Part shown: positions 25,010 to 38,804 of the stretch, in pieces
Numbering within the stretch: position 1 is the stretch's first letter
Layout of the letters: every line of letters starts with the position of its first letter
Assembly (NCBI GenBank): GCA_964016885.1
Contig: OZ024742.1
Location: 335,916,001 to 335,980,000 of the forward strand
DNA from: Eledone cirrhosa
Lineage: Eukaryota
Length of the DNA stretch: 64,000 bases
Direction of reading: 5' to 3'
Made by a program: the position numbers and the translations under genes
Notes under the pieces: generated by a model
What the model was told of the DNA's origin: nothing
Database searches by the model: none
What the model saw: only the letters and a program-made list of their open reading frames with translations

Positions 25010-26402
25010 CCAGGTGGAGAAGAACTGGAACGAAGTGACGGCCAAGGTGTTTGCACTCACCCAGAAGTGGGCCGAGTGCAAACTATCCTTGAAAGGTCGA
25101 GCGGAGGTGGCGAACACTTTTATAGCGTCCGCCATCTACTACCGCTTGACCGTCGTGCCTTGTCCAGCCAAAACGCTCGCCAAAATGGAGCGCGCCCTCT
25201 TCCGATTCCTTTGGAAGAGGCGGGCTCCTTTGGTAAGAAGATCCATCTGCTGCCAACACCCTTCTAACGGAGGGCTGGGGATGCCGTGGTTGACGATGCG
25301 CAAACACGCGCTCAGGCTGCGGCATCTCTACGTATTCCTCACCGGACAACCGGTGTGGGCCCCGTTCGTGAGGCGAGCCTTCCCACGACTCGTCTCACTG
25401 ACCGAGCTGCAGTCCTGGGTCAAGCAGAGACCGAGGAAAATGGGCGACTGGCACATCGAATGTGCTCAGGCGCTCACAGCCCTCTGGCAGGCGGACCCGG
25501 CGATCAGTGGAGACTCCACTTCGTCATTCTATAGAGGGTTGGTCCGCAGCAAGTGCGACGACGCGCTCGGTGAAACTCTAGGCGTGGAGGAAGATGAACT
25601 GGCCAGTCTGTTCGGTAGGACCTTCCGCCCGGGACCGATGGACAACTTCCAAAAGTCCCTGGCCTGGCAGTGCTACCGAGGAGCTCTACCAGTTCGAGAC
25701 AAGCTCTACAGACATGGGCGCCCGGGCAGGGACCCTGCAAAAAAGATCTGTCCGAGGTGCGTGCGAGACGAAGAAACCGTCGCGCACGTATTCATACACT
25801 GCCCGGGCGTCACTGACCTGTGGGGCTATGTAGAACGACTATTGTCGCGGGTGGGACCAATCCAGTTGACCACCGAGTCCATTGTCATGATCAAACCGCC
25901 ACCCTCCTTCAAAAACGAAGGAGAGGCGGTTTTCCTTTGTGTGATAGCTATGGCGAAAGAGGTTGTATGGTGGACAAGGTTGAAAGGGCTGAGGTCAGAC
26001 ACCTTTCTCTCCGGCCAACAACTGATTCTTTTTTTCAAATACCACTTTGGCAGAAGAATCAGGATGGAGAGAGAGGTGCTGTACCCCAGCAAGTTTTATG
26101 AAAGGTGGGTGAAAGTGGCGAGAATGGCCCGAGTGAATGGGCCTTCTCTCTATATCAGCCTGTAGGTTGAGGAAAAGGAGGAGGAGAGGAAAGGAGTACA
26201 AGCTCTTCGTACTCCTGGAGATGAGGGTTGCACATTTTTTTCGGGGGTCTGTGTTACCCATATAAACTGTCTCCCTCTATTGGGGAAAATCGACTAACTT
26301 TTAAATTCCATCTGTGATAACATTTTACACGTTTTTATTGTATGTAAACTTCCCCCTTTGTATTTGTCCCCTTCTTTTGTGCCCCTGTGGCTAATAAAGA
26401 AA
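25010..26402 (+). mobile_element. 5'-truncated Tx1 (UTR type B) between (TATC)n tracts
   Basis: 383-aa ORF highly similar to the C-terminus of the 11571 ORF2; TATC repeats at 24981-25009 and 26404-26466. Confidence 0.93.
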
Positions 26403-26404
26403 TA

Positions 26405-26466
<62 letters not shown>

Positions 26467-26467
<1 letters not shown>

Positions 26468-26964
26468 GTTTCTGTGCGTAATAGCCATGGCGAAAGAGGT
26501 TGTATGGTGGACGCGTCTGAAAGGACTGAGGTCAGACACCTTTCTCTCTGGCCAACAACTGGTCCGTTTCTTCAGATATCATTTCGGAAGAAGGATCAGG
26601 ATGGAGAGAGAGGTGCTGCACCCCAGCCGTTTTTATGAAAGATGGGTGAAAGTGGCGAGAATAGCCCGTGTGAATGGGCCTTCACTCTACATCAGACTAT
26701 AGGTGAGGAAAATGAAAGACCAAGGGAGCACCCCTTCTTTGTGCTCCTGAGGAAAAGGGTTGCACACTTTTTTCGGGGGTGTGTGCGACCCCCCAAGGCG
26801 CCTCCTCTCTATTGAGGATTTTGTTATATATTTTATTCTGTTATATTTTATTTTATTTTGATGTTTTGTTATTGCCTCCTCCTTATTGAGGACGCCTTGT
26901 TTTGTAAACTCCCCCCATTGTACTTGTCCCACTGTTGATGCCCTGGTGGCAAATAAAAGAAACA
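26467..26964 (+). mobile_element. 5'-truncated Tx1 (UTR type A) between (TATC)n tracts
   Basis: Matches 14773-15325; followed by (TATC)n at 26966-27026. Confidence 0.92.
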
Positions 26965-28068
<1,104 letters not shown>

Positions 28069-28759
28069 TATATATATATATTCTTCCCACTTTTCTCTCT
28101 GATAAAGGGCTTATGCCCGAAACGTCGTCCCCCACCCCACTCTCAAGAGTGAAACTAATATTAACATTTTGTATTGATATTAAATAAATGGAAACTATAT
28201 TTGTGTGTGCGTGTGTGTGCATGTATCCATGTATATATATATATATATATATTATACATATAAAAAAGCACATACATATACACACACACATGACACATAT
28301 ACACACACATATACACATATACACATATACACATATACACATATACACACACACATACACATGTGCCCCCCCGCCCCCATATATATATATATATACATAT
28401 AGATACAAAACAAACACGCACAAGAAAATCACATATAGAGCTAAAACATGATACACTAAATTTCCTATCTTCAATTATATTAATAAGTTGGAAACACTAT
28501 TTCCAAATGATATCAATTCAGCCCACGTGTCACGTTTATCTAGATATAGAAGAAAGATATACGTGAACAAAATAGTTATGCTCCAGCACGTGTTATAAAC
28601 TATATAATATATAAATAGAATGTACGGAACCTTAATAGCGCTACAATCCAATGACAAAAACCAGTGCTATAGAATTATTATATGCATATAGGGACACATG
28701 TATGCCTGTAAGAATGTGTGTGTGTGTGTGTATGTGTGTGTGTGTGTGTGTATATATAT

Positions 28760-28960
28760 AGCAAAGAAAGTGTGGTAAGGAACCAGGTGGACTATATCGC
28801 ACCAGAGTACTCGATACTTAGAGTAGTAGAGTGGGTAATAGGAAAAGAGTCAGGACCCAAACGGCCGATCTCCGGCAGCCCCGACAGCCATATCCGAACC
28901 TGGCTGTCGGGACGGCCGGAGCTCGGCCGTCGGTGTCCTGACCTTTTCTTATCTCCTTAT
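28760..28960. mobile_element. Small fold-back (MITE-like) element; relatives at 42400-42670, 50840-50920, 52068-52113, 59868-60032 and 35626-35680
   Basis: Shared AGAGTACTCGATAC..GGTAGTAGAGT..TAATAGGAAAAG..TCAGGACCC arm and central hairpin; TA flanks. Confidence 0.8.
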
Positions 28961-29564
28961 AATATATAACCACCAATTTCTCTGTCTGTCTGTCCGACAG
29001 TGGAAACACGTGCGCGCGTGGTTGCTATCTCTCTCTCTCCAGCTATCCCTCTCTTTTAGTCTGTCTGTTTCTCTCACTCTCACTCTTTCTCTTTGTAACA
29101 CACTAACATTCCTCCCCTCTATCGCTGTGAAGAATGGGGAGATGGAGGAGGAGGAGGAGGAGGAGGAGGAGGGGGAGGAGGAGAGAGTCACTTCGTCACT
29201 TCACCTCTGCCTTTCTTTCTCTCCCCTCTCACTCCCTCATTACGTACATACATTAGGGCGGTGGATTGACAGAATTTGTAGAGAGTCGGACACCATGCTT
29301 CATAGCATGGAGTTACGTCCCTTTACGGTTTGAGTTCAAATACCGCCGAGGTTAACTTTGCTTGTCATCCTCATGAGATCGATAAAATAAAGTACCAGTA
29401 ATGTACTGGTAATTGCTGGCCTTGTGCCAAAAGTAGAAACAATTATTAGAAACATTGCTTCATTTTTACATATCCAAGCATTAGTAAAATAACTAATAAT
29501 TTCAAAAGTAATTTTTCAATTCCAATTGTTATGAACAGCAAAACATTAATAATAATTTTGTTCT

Positions 29565-29716
29565 AAGAAATATATATACATTTCTGTGTGTGTAATATAT
29601 ATATATATACACACACACAGAAATATATATATATACACACAGAAATATATATACATTTCTGTGTGTGTAATATATATATATATACACACAGAAATATATA
29701 TACATTTCTGTGTGTG

Positions 29717-29797
<81 letters not shown>

Positions 29798-29860
29798 GAA
29801 ATATATATACATTTCTGTGTGTGTAATATATATATATATATACACACACAGAGAAATATA
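29565..29860. repeat. Palindromic minisatellite (CACAGAAATATATATACATTTCTGTG + TA/CA), about four units
   Basis: Unit seen near 29566, 29638, 29686 and 29794. Confidence 0.8.
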
Positions 29861-30123
29861 TGGGCACTTCTCTGTTTGTCTGTCTGTCTGTCTGTCTGTC
29901 CTTCCCTAAAACTCAAATGTAGGTGCTACAGAAATATTACCTTCCCCTTCCTTTCTCCACTTTGGTACTACCAAGAGAAACACTGTCGCTATAGAAACAT
30001 TACCTTCCCCTCTCCACTGATTTTGGTCACTGAGGCCGAGGGAATCGCTGGTTGCTATAGAGACACCTTGCACAAACCAGAAGTAACCAGTTCGAGGCGG
30101 TTCTGACTTGACACCATGCCAAG

Positions 30124-30621
30124 TCTACTTATAATATATAATGGGCATTTCTCTGTTTGTTTGTCTGTCTGTCCGTCTGTAAAAAATGCCAAGGAAACAA
30201 ATAGACGCGGTTTCAAATCTCTATGCTTTTCAAATTCATTACATTAATCTTTATTTATACGTTTCGCTTTACGAGTGTTTCGACTTACGAGTGTTTCGGC
30301 TTACGAGTGTTTCGGCTTATCATTATATATAAGCGTTTCTATTTCCATCGTTTTATCGTAAACGTTTATATATTTCCATCGTTATATCATAACGTTTATA
30401 TTTCTGTCACTAATCTCTTTTTCTCCTTTTTCGTTTTAACATATATTTATTTCAAAGATTTCACCGTATAGATAACATATATATTTATACATGCATAAAA
30501 GACACACCGAGAGACGGTGAACATGTGGTGCCGAAAATATTTCTCATCCAAATCTCAACAATATCAGTATATACACTAGATTTGCTAGCAGAAAACCGCC
30601 CACCGGGTGGTTTTGTGCTAG
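30124..30621 (+). mobile_element. Non-autonomous Helitron-like unit
   Basis: 5' TCTACTTATAATATATAA + (CTGT)n; 3' hairpin AAAACCGCCC-ACC-GGGTGGTTTT then CTAG. Confidence 0.6.
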
Positions 30622-31028
30622 TCTCTATATATATAAAACGGAAGATGTCTGTCTGTGTTGTGTATGATTTTTATGCATTTCCACATTTCTCTACCAATTT
30701 CGTTGATCTTTTTCCATTATGCTCCAAATTTACCAACGATGGTCAACGCGTAATAAACTTTGCCAAACATTTCCTGCTTCTATGAAAACAATCGATAAAA
30801 CTAAATACATGCTGTAACCCTCTCTCTTACACGCTTATTCACTCTCACTACTACCCTCAAAAATCTATGAAACTACATACATGTTGCAACTCTCTCTCTC
30901 TATATATATATATATCACACACACACACATATACATATACATCTAAAGAGAGAAAGGGAGATGTAGAGAGAGAGAGTGAGATAGGTCGTTATACAGAGAG
31001 AGGTACAAGATAATCAGATAGGTAGATA

Positions 31029-31067
<39 letters not shown>

Positions 31068-31202
31068 GCGACGAACGCTGGTTCACACACACACACACAC
31101 ACACACGCACAAACAAATATATATATAAAGACAGAGAGAGAGGGGGGATAGGGAGAGAGAGAGAGAGATCTGCGCGTTCTTTATTCTTCTCCATTCTGTA
31201 GA

Positions 31203-31263
<61 letters not shown>

Positions 31264-32340
31264 ATGAGTGAGAGAGAGAGAGAGGGTATAAGAAAAAAGG
31301 GAGAGGGGTTGAGAAAGAATGAAAGTTTAAGCAAAAAATCGCTGCTTTCAACATTAACGGGATCTTCTGAAACTAAAAAATTCAATCTGTGAACGCAGAA
31401 TTAAATATGTCGAGAAACGTTGCAGCCGAAGGAAAACAGGAAGACGATATTTTGGTTCGTGAAGACGTTCCATGGTAATGAACGGAAAAAGCGAGGATAA
31501 TACGTCGTTATGTGAACCGAGAAGAACAATTTCATGCAAGGACAAGACCAAATTTATGGTATAAATGGAGTCTATTTAAAATAACCGAATGATTTCCAAC
31601 ACCGGAGTTTAAGAATGATGTAAATAAAATTGTAAACGAAAATGACAGAGGTTATTAAAATAGTTGTTTCTACTTTTGGCACAAGGCCAGCAATTATCCA
31701 GTACATTACTGGTACTTTATTTTATCGACCCCGTAAGGATGAAAGGCAAAGTTAACCTCGACGGGATTTTAATTTTGCCTTAAATTAGTAAAAGTAAATA
31801 GTGAAGATTTAGGCCAGTACATACGTATGCGCCGACGGACATACACATACATATACATACGCACACACAAATACATACACACACACAAACACACAGACAC
31901 ACACACGCGTGTAAACCTTATGCATTTCTACAATATTTTCACCAAACGTAAGACATAGGTTACTTATGAACTCCGGATGGTCATGGGCGCTTTCATTTTT
32001 CCGGATATTGATTATAGGGCCTCCCGGCAGATAACCCCCTTTAACCACTTCCTTGGAGTCGACTGAAGCACTGCAGTGCAATGCAACAAAACGTGATAAC
32101 TTCTGGAGTTCGCAACCGATTTTAACAAAACTTGACACATGGGCTACGTTGGTTCTACAGATGGATGTTAACTCTCAGAATTGGCACATATTGAGTAGGG
32201 GACCCCTGGGGGCAGAAACCCACTTTTTGAAAAAGCCGATGATTTTGTAAAAGTATAGTTTTCGAAGCAGCACTGAAGTATTGACATAAATAGTATACAT
32301 AACTGCTATTTAATACCCGAGCAACGTTGGGAACCTCTGC

Positions 32341-32343
<3 letters not shown>
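30622..32343 (+). mobile_element. Non-autonomous Helitron carrying microsatellites, a Penelope pLTR-like segment and a SINE
   Basis: 5' TCTCTATATATATAAAA; 3' CCCGAGCAACGTTGGG hairpin + CTAT (CTAG in the sister copy); 31425-32343 is homologous to 60894-61775. Confidence 0.75.
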
Positions 32344-32434
<91 letters not shown>

Positions 32435-32888
32435 AAGATATAGAGTCCTTGCGAGGTCTGCCAACTTATCAAGAGGATACCTCATTTTACTAGTCTCAAG
32501 AACGCGTCTACACGACGTGAGAAAGAATCCCAAAAGGCGGAGGGGGAGATAGTCACGCGATATAACGGTCGAGAAACAGAGCTAAGCCTCTTATAACCAC
32601 CAAGAAAATACCATGTTTCTAAATATATTAACTCCCTCTGGTCGAGCAATCTTTGAAGTGTGGGGAAAACTGGAAAGCTTCCATTACTCATACTTCTCGC
32701 CTTCTTCACTACCTCTTCTACGGCCTCGATATGAATACCCCCTCCGCCTCCGTGGTATTTTCTTCGTGGTTATAAGAGGCTTAGCTCTGTTTCTCGACCG
32801 TTATATCGCGTGACTATCTCCCCCTCCGCCTTTTGGGATTCTTTCTCACGTCGTGTAGACGCGTTCTTGAGACTAGTAAAATGAGGTA

Positions 32889-32976
32889 TCCTCTTGATAA
32901 GTTGGCAGACCTCGCAAGGACTCTATATCTTTGATATATTGTTTTTGTTTATGCCACGAAACTACGTAGTCGAGGA
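32889..32976 (+). ncRNA. Type I hammerhead ribozyme, U3-A8 core variant (unit 1)
   Basis: UCCUC-UUGAUAA-GUuGGCA...UGCCAC-GAAAC-UACGUA-GUC^GAGGA. Confidence 0.8.
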
Positions 32977-33475
32977 ATTTAGGAGCAGTTTAGGTATGAT
33001 ACATTTTATTACAATTATATCTAAATGTTTCTTCTCTCTTCATAATGTATTTTTAACTCTGATACTGGTTCAGTCTGGTTCAAACTGAATTGGTCTGTCC
33101 CAGTCATTCATTGAGCAACATCGGTGAAGTTGGCACCCTTAACTCACAGTTGGGTGCGGATGCATTCATGTATATATGTGTGTGTCCGCATGTATCTGTG
33201 TGTTTCTAAATATATTAACTCCCTCTGGTCGAGCAATCTTTGAAGTGTGGGGAAAACTGGAAAGCTTCCATTACTCATACTTCTCGCCTTCTTCACTACC
33301 TCTTCTACGGCCTCGATATGAATACCCCCTCCGCCTCCGTGGTATTTTCTTCGTGGTTATAAGAGGCTTAGCTCTGTTTCTCGACCGTTATATCGCGTGA
33401 CTATCTCCCCCTCCGCCTTTTGGGATTCTTTCTCACGTCGTGTAGACGCGTTCTTGAGACTAGTAAAATGAGGTA

Positions 33476-33563
33476 TCCTCTTGATAAGTTGGCAGACCTC
33501 GCAAGGACTCTATATCTTTGATATATTGTTTTTGTTTATGCCACGAAACTACGTAGTCGAGGA
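33476..33563 (+). ncRNA. Type I hammerhead ribozyme, U3-A8 core variant (unit 2)
   Basis: Same sequence as 32889-32976. Confidence 0.8.
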
Positions 33564-34062
33564 ATTTAGGAGCAGTTTAGGTATGATACATTTTATTACA
33601 ATTATATCTAAATGTTTCTTCTCTCTTCATAATGTATTTTTAACTCTGATACTGGTTCAGTCTGGTTCAAACTGAATTGGTCTGTCCCAGTCATTCATTG
33701 AGCAACATCGGTGAAGTTGGCACCCTTAACTCACAGTTGGGTGCGGATGCATTCATGTATATATGTGTGTGTCCGCATGTATCTGTGTGTTTCTAAATAT
33801 ATTAACTCCCTCTGGTCGAGCAATCTTTGAAGTGTGGGGAAAACTGGAAAGCTTCCATTACTCATACTTCTCGCCTTCTTCACTACCTCTTCTACGGCCT
33901 CGATATGAATACCCCCTCCGCCTCCGTGGTATTTTCTTCGTGGTTATAAGAGGCTTAGCTCTGTTTCTCGACCGTTATATCGCGTGACTATCTCCCCCTC
34001 CGCCTTTTGGGATTCTTTCTCACGTCGTGTAGACGCGTTCTTGAGACTAGTAAAATGAGGTA

Positions 34063-34150
34063 TCCTCTTGATAAGTTGGCAGACCTCGCAAGGACTCTAT
34101 ATCTTTGATATATTGTTTTTGTTTATGCCACGAAACTACGTAGTCGAGGA
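34063..34150 (+). ncRNA. Type I hammerhead ribozyme, U3-A8 core variant (unit 3)
   Basis: Same sequence as 32889-32976. Confidence 0.8.
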
Positions 34151-34218
34151 ATTTAGGAGCAGTTTAGGTATGATACATTTTATTACAATTATATCTAAAT
34201 GTTTCTTCTCTCTTCATA

Positions 34219-34262
<44 letters not shown>

Positions 34263-34390
34263 ATAAGAATATTTATATTTATATATGTTTAATACAACTA
34301 TAAATATGGAGGGTAGTACCAAGTACTAACCGGTTACCGGTATGACAAAAGGCTCAATGCAAATCTTCAAGTGTTTTACAGAGCCGAGAT

Positions 34391-35538
34391 ACAAAGTGTT
34401 AAAACGAAGAAATTTTAGTTTAGAACATTTAGGGTACATAATTGTTGTTAGTGTCATAGGTATCACGTGGAGAGTCAGGAGTTAAAAAGATGTTCTGCTT
34501 GAGAGAACACCATTACAGGCAGCACTGGCTGAAAGTGTAAGCAAAAAGTACAAGCAAAAAAACACAGGGAAAGAAGTTATAAGCAAGGACAATTGGTGTA
34601 CAATGCAGGAGTCAATACAGTCAATAAGGCATGTATGATGAAAGAGTTATAATGTAGTTGAAATAAACATATTTTGTGTGGGGTGTTAAAGCATGTTATA
34701 TTTGTCATAAACATTTAAGATAGTGTGCAATTCGTTAGAGATGCATGTGGTGATAATGTAGGTATTTGTTATGTAAGGTGTAATGCAAAGCACGTGATAG
34801 AGTTGGGTATGTAATTTTCATTCAAGTGTTTTAGTGTTGTAGTTCGTATGTAGGTGTATATGTTGTTTGTAACTCACAGCTATTAACCATGGGATTATTT
34901 TGAGTCGTTTATAGTTAATAGGTGTTTCTTTGTTAAATGTAAATTCCACCGAATTACTGGCCATGTTGTTATTGTAGGTATATTACCGTATGCATTTTTT
35001 ATCTGTAAATTATCTTTTCTAGGGTTTGTATTAACCGTTATTAGGCTGTTGGTAAACCGTTAGGTTGCTTAATTTTATGAGATTACACAGGAAATTGTAA
35101 AGGAGCTTAATAACAAAGGGAGGTAATTAAGGTTGTTGATAAATTAACACCCCACACAAAATATGTTTATTTCAACTACATTGTAACTCTTTCATCATAC
35201 ATGCCTTATTGACTGTATTGACTCCTGCATTGAACACCAATTTTCCTTGCTTATAACATTTTTGCCTGTGTTTTTTTGCTTGTACTTTTTGCTTACACTT
35301 TCAGCCAGTGCTGCCTGTAATGGTGTTCTCTCAAGCAGAACATCTTTTTAACTCCTGACTCTCCACGTGATACCTATGACACTAACAACAATTATGTACC
35401 CTAAATGTTCTAAATGACTAGGATTTTAGTAACATGTTTCGACATTCCCTATGCTCCGATGATATCAGACTTCCCTCTGGAAGAAACAATTGTCAGCTAA
35501 TAAATGTTCTAAACTAAAATTTGATCGTTTTAACACTT

Positions 35539-35542
<4 letters not shown>
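34391..35542. repeat. Long inverted repeat element (arms 34391-34688 and 35144-35542)
   Basis: About 300 bp of near-perfect reverse-complement match; the right arm has an extra HHR-containing segment. Confidence 0.85.
35453..35497 (+). ncRNA. Minimal hammerhead motif, U4C variant
   Basis: GCU-CCGAUGA-uaUCAGAcuucccUCUGGaa-GAAAC-AAUU-GUC-AGC. Confidence 0.55.
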
Positions 35543-35625
<83 letters not shown>

Positions 35626-35794
35626 TTATCAGAGTACTCGATACCAGGGGTAGTAGTGTCTGGTGATATTATAAAGAGTCGAGGTCCCTTTGCCTTTCAT
35701 CCTTACGGGATCAATAAAATAAAGTACCAGTAATGTACTGGGTAATTTCTGGCCTTGTGCCAAAAGTAGAAACAATTATAATATATATATATAC

Positions 35795-35884
<90 letters not shown>

Positions 35885-36629
35885 ACGGTGACATAGAAAT
35901 ACTCGGTTTGGTGCCCAAGTGCACGGTCAGCCCACCGGGAGTAGGAAACCCATAGTTCTTAGGACATCATTCTAGGAGAAGGAAAACTCTCATGTAAAAC
36001 CCGTGACTTGATGGCAGCCAATGATGTTGATATGTTCGTTTTGGATACCCGTCAATGTTGTCCAGAGAGTCACATTAGTCCAGTGCAAGGCCTTCACTTA
36101 AAAAAGCTTCAAGCACTGGTATCACATGATTTAAACGACTTTCACGTAGGTTGTATGAGCATGTCTGGTTGTACGCGAAACATGCCATTTCTCTTTTTCG
36201 CTGCAGCATGTGCAAAAAGGAATGAAAGTTCTTGGCAGAGCTCGAAAGTTATATTTGTCCCTCTTATGTGTGGGAGGGAGAACGACTGATGGCAATTCTC
36301 GAAATCGAGATGCAGCATCAAATATTCATATATATGGAATGGAATGTACAAATATATATATTCAAAATAGGGGGTGCACAAGACAAAGACAATGGAACAA
36401 AACGGGTAAAAACAAATAATGCCTTTAGGCGAATTACACAAATAGTGATAAGAAATTATCTCGAGTTCCTGAACTTACAAAGAAGAGAGAGAACATTGCT
36501 CGAGGGCTTAGCGAAAGGAGAAAAAAGTAGAAAGGAGAGAAATAGAAAGACAGAAAAGAACGATATAGACTGTAGTCCTATATGCAGTCAATGAAGAATG
36601 ACACTGAGGTATAGAAAAGGTAAGAATAA

Positions 36630-38190
36630 TAGAGGAACTAATTGTTACTTCTTTTCAGAAGAGGGCCATCTCTTCATTGAACATTGCACGATCATGTGTA
36701 CGTAGGTGATATTTTAGACCAGTTTGTTTTGCAAGCATGTTCCCAGATGTGACACTTGAACTCTCTGTCTCCTAGCAATACTGGTTGGGATGTGATCATA
36801 CTTTGTACCATGTCTGGTCAGTCCTGGATTTTTGCAGGCACCGCACTTGGGTCCCGCTTACGGAGTGAACGCTTAAAAACAGCATCCTCCATTCGCTTTT
36901 TCTCATACATATTTGATGACCATTTTCCAATGCCTCCCAGTTCTCCATGTCAATCTCTAGATCTTTAATATTACCTTTTACGACATACCTAAACCGTTTC
37001 TATGGTCTATGCTGTGGCCTTTTTCAACTAGTCAGCTCCCCATGAAGTAACTGCTTTCCATCTTCCATTCTGACTACATGACCAACCCATCGCATTTGGT
37101 TCATAATAATCCCTTTCTAAATACTGGTGTTGCTTACTTTCTCATGTACTGCAGCATCAAGTGTGTAAGAGGACCACTTGATATTCAGGATGCATCGGAT
37201 ACAAAACTGTTGAAAGCGTTCCAGTAGTCTGAAATGATGCTTGTAAGTTGTCCACATTTCCCTTCCATAGAGCAGGGTTGTAAGAATACAAGTCTCACAC
37301 ACAGGGAGGTTTGTGTCTCTCGTGATACCCCGATCTGACCAAACTCGCTTCTCAAGCTTCCTGAAGGCAAGACTCGCTTTCACAATTATGTGATTTATTT
37401 ACGATTAACAGTATCGAAGGCTTTAGAAAAGTTCACAAATACTTGGAACAGTGGCACTCGCTGCTCAACACACTTCTCCATAAACTGGTGAGTTGAAAAA
37501 ATCATGTCCATAGTACCCCGCCCAGCTCTGAATCCCCACAGGGTCTGAGGGATGGCACCAAGGCAGATCCATTTTATTAGGACCTTGGATAAGACTGTTT
37601 ATTCCGATTCGAGCTAACTTATACCATGATAATCACCGCATTCAGACCTGGAACACTTGTCCTTGTAAATCAACAGCTGAATTGCATCTACCCAGAAATG
37701 TGAGACAGGCTTACAATACCATACAGATAAAACTAGATCATGAGTGGTCATAAGAATATTGTCTTCAAAGCGGATCAGCTCAACAGATATTCCATCCAAA
37801 CCTGAATCCTTCCCTTTGTGTATCTCTTTGATAATAGACCTTATCTCATAAATGGTTGGGTCATTCTCATTTTTGTTACAGTCTCCTTTTGTGGTATTTC
37901 ATTAATAATTTCCTCTTCAACTACAGATGGATTATCAAAAAGATCTTTAAAGTGTTCAGTTCACCGAATCACGATTTCTGCTGGATCTTTGATGAGGACC
38001 TTCCCATCTTTTGACGTCAGGGTTCCACGTTTGAGGGAAGTGTGCCAAAAACATGCCTTATTTTGCTGTATAATGCCTTCAAGTTTTTGCAATTATAAGC
38101 TATCTGCATCCCTGCTGAAACTTCAAACTACCAGTTATTCTTCATCTTTCGAGATTTACATTTCAGCTTAAACGTTGCTTCTTTGATGTC
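36630..38190 (-). pseudogene. Degraded RTE-clade LINE
   Basis: DGISVELI, GDYHGIS, FSKAFDTVN, TLLYGREMWT, QMRWVGHV and a C-terminal finger remnant. Confidence 0.85.
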
Positions 38191-38253
38191 TGTACCACAT
38201 TTTGCAACATATGTATTCATCCATCTATCTGTCTATTTATCTCTCTCGCTCAC

Positions 38254-38309
<56 letters not shown>

Positions 38310-38804
38310 GTATAATAAACAATACAATATAATTACCTCATTACCAGAGGTTTCCCGAATAAGACGAATACTAACTCTTTTAAACATAAAAATAGGAAAA
38401 GAAAAATAATCTGGTTCACACACCCCTACTCGCTAGCAGTTAAAACTAATGTAGGCAAAACATTCCTAGAGCTCTTAGATAAACATTTCCCTAGAACACA
38501 TAGATACTATAAGATCGTTAATAGAAACTGTGTCAAAATTAGCTACTCCTGCGATCCCCCTATTAAATCTTATATCATCAACAAAAAATCACCTAGAGAA
38601 CATCAAAATTGCTCCTGTAGAGTCAAAAGTGAATGCCCATTACAAGGTAAATGCAACACCAAAGCCATTGTATATGCGGCTAAAGTGACAACCGTCAGCA
38701 ACAACCAACCAGCCACCAGTGAACAATATGTGGGTATGACACAAGACAAGTTCAAAACGCGTTATTACTCACATGTCGCATCCTTTCGACATCCAATACT
38801 GAAC

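Larger units (their letters stand above)
32431..34224 (+). mobile_element. Retrozyme-like element: about 2.7 tandem 587-bp non-coding units with a 5' inverted segment
   Basis: Units start at 32614, 33201 and 33788; 32431-32613 is the reverse complement of about 32753-32935; (TA)n on both sides. Confidence 0.85.

Noticed and set aside
28095-28130. CTGATAA-GGGC-ttat-GCCC-GAAAC-GTC hammerhead-like motif
   Set aside because: C3-G8 pair is broken and no stem I is found; at best a decayed remnant
32614-34224. CRISPR array or protein-coding repeat
   Set aside because: Units are 587 bp with no variable spacers, no cas genes and a eukaryotic context; the 64-74 aa ORFs lack motifs
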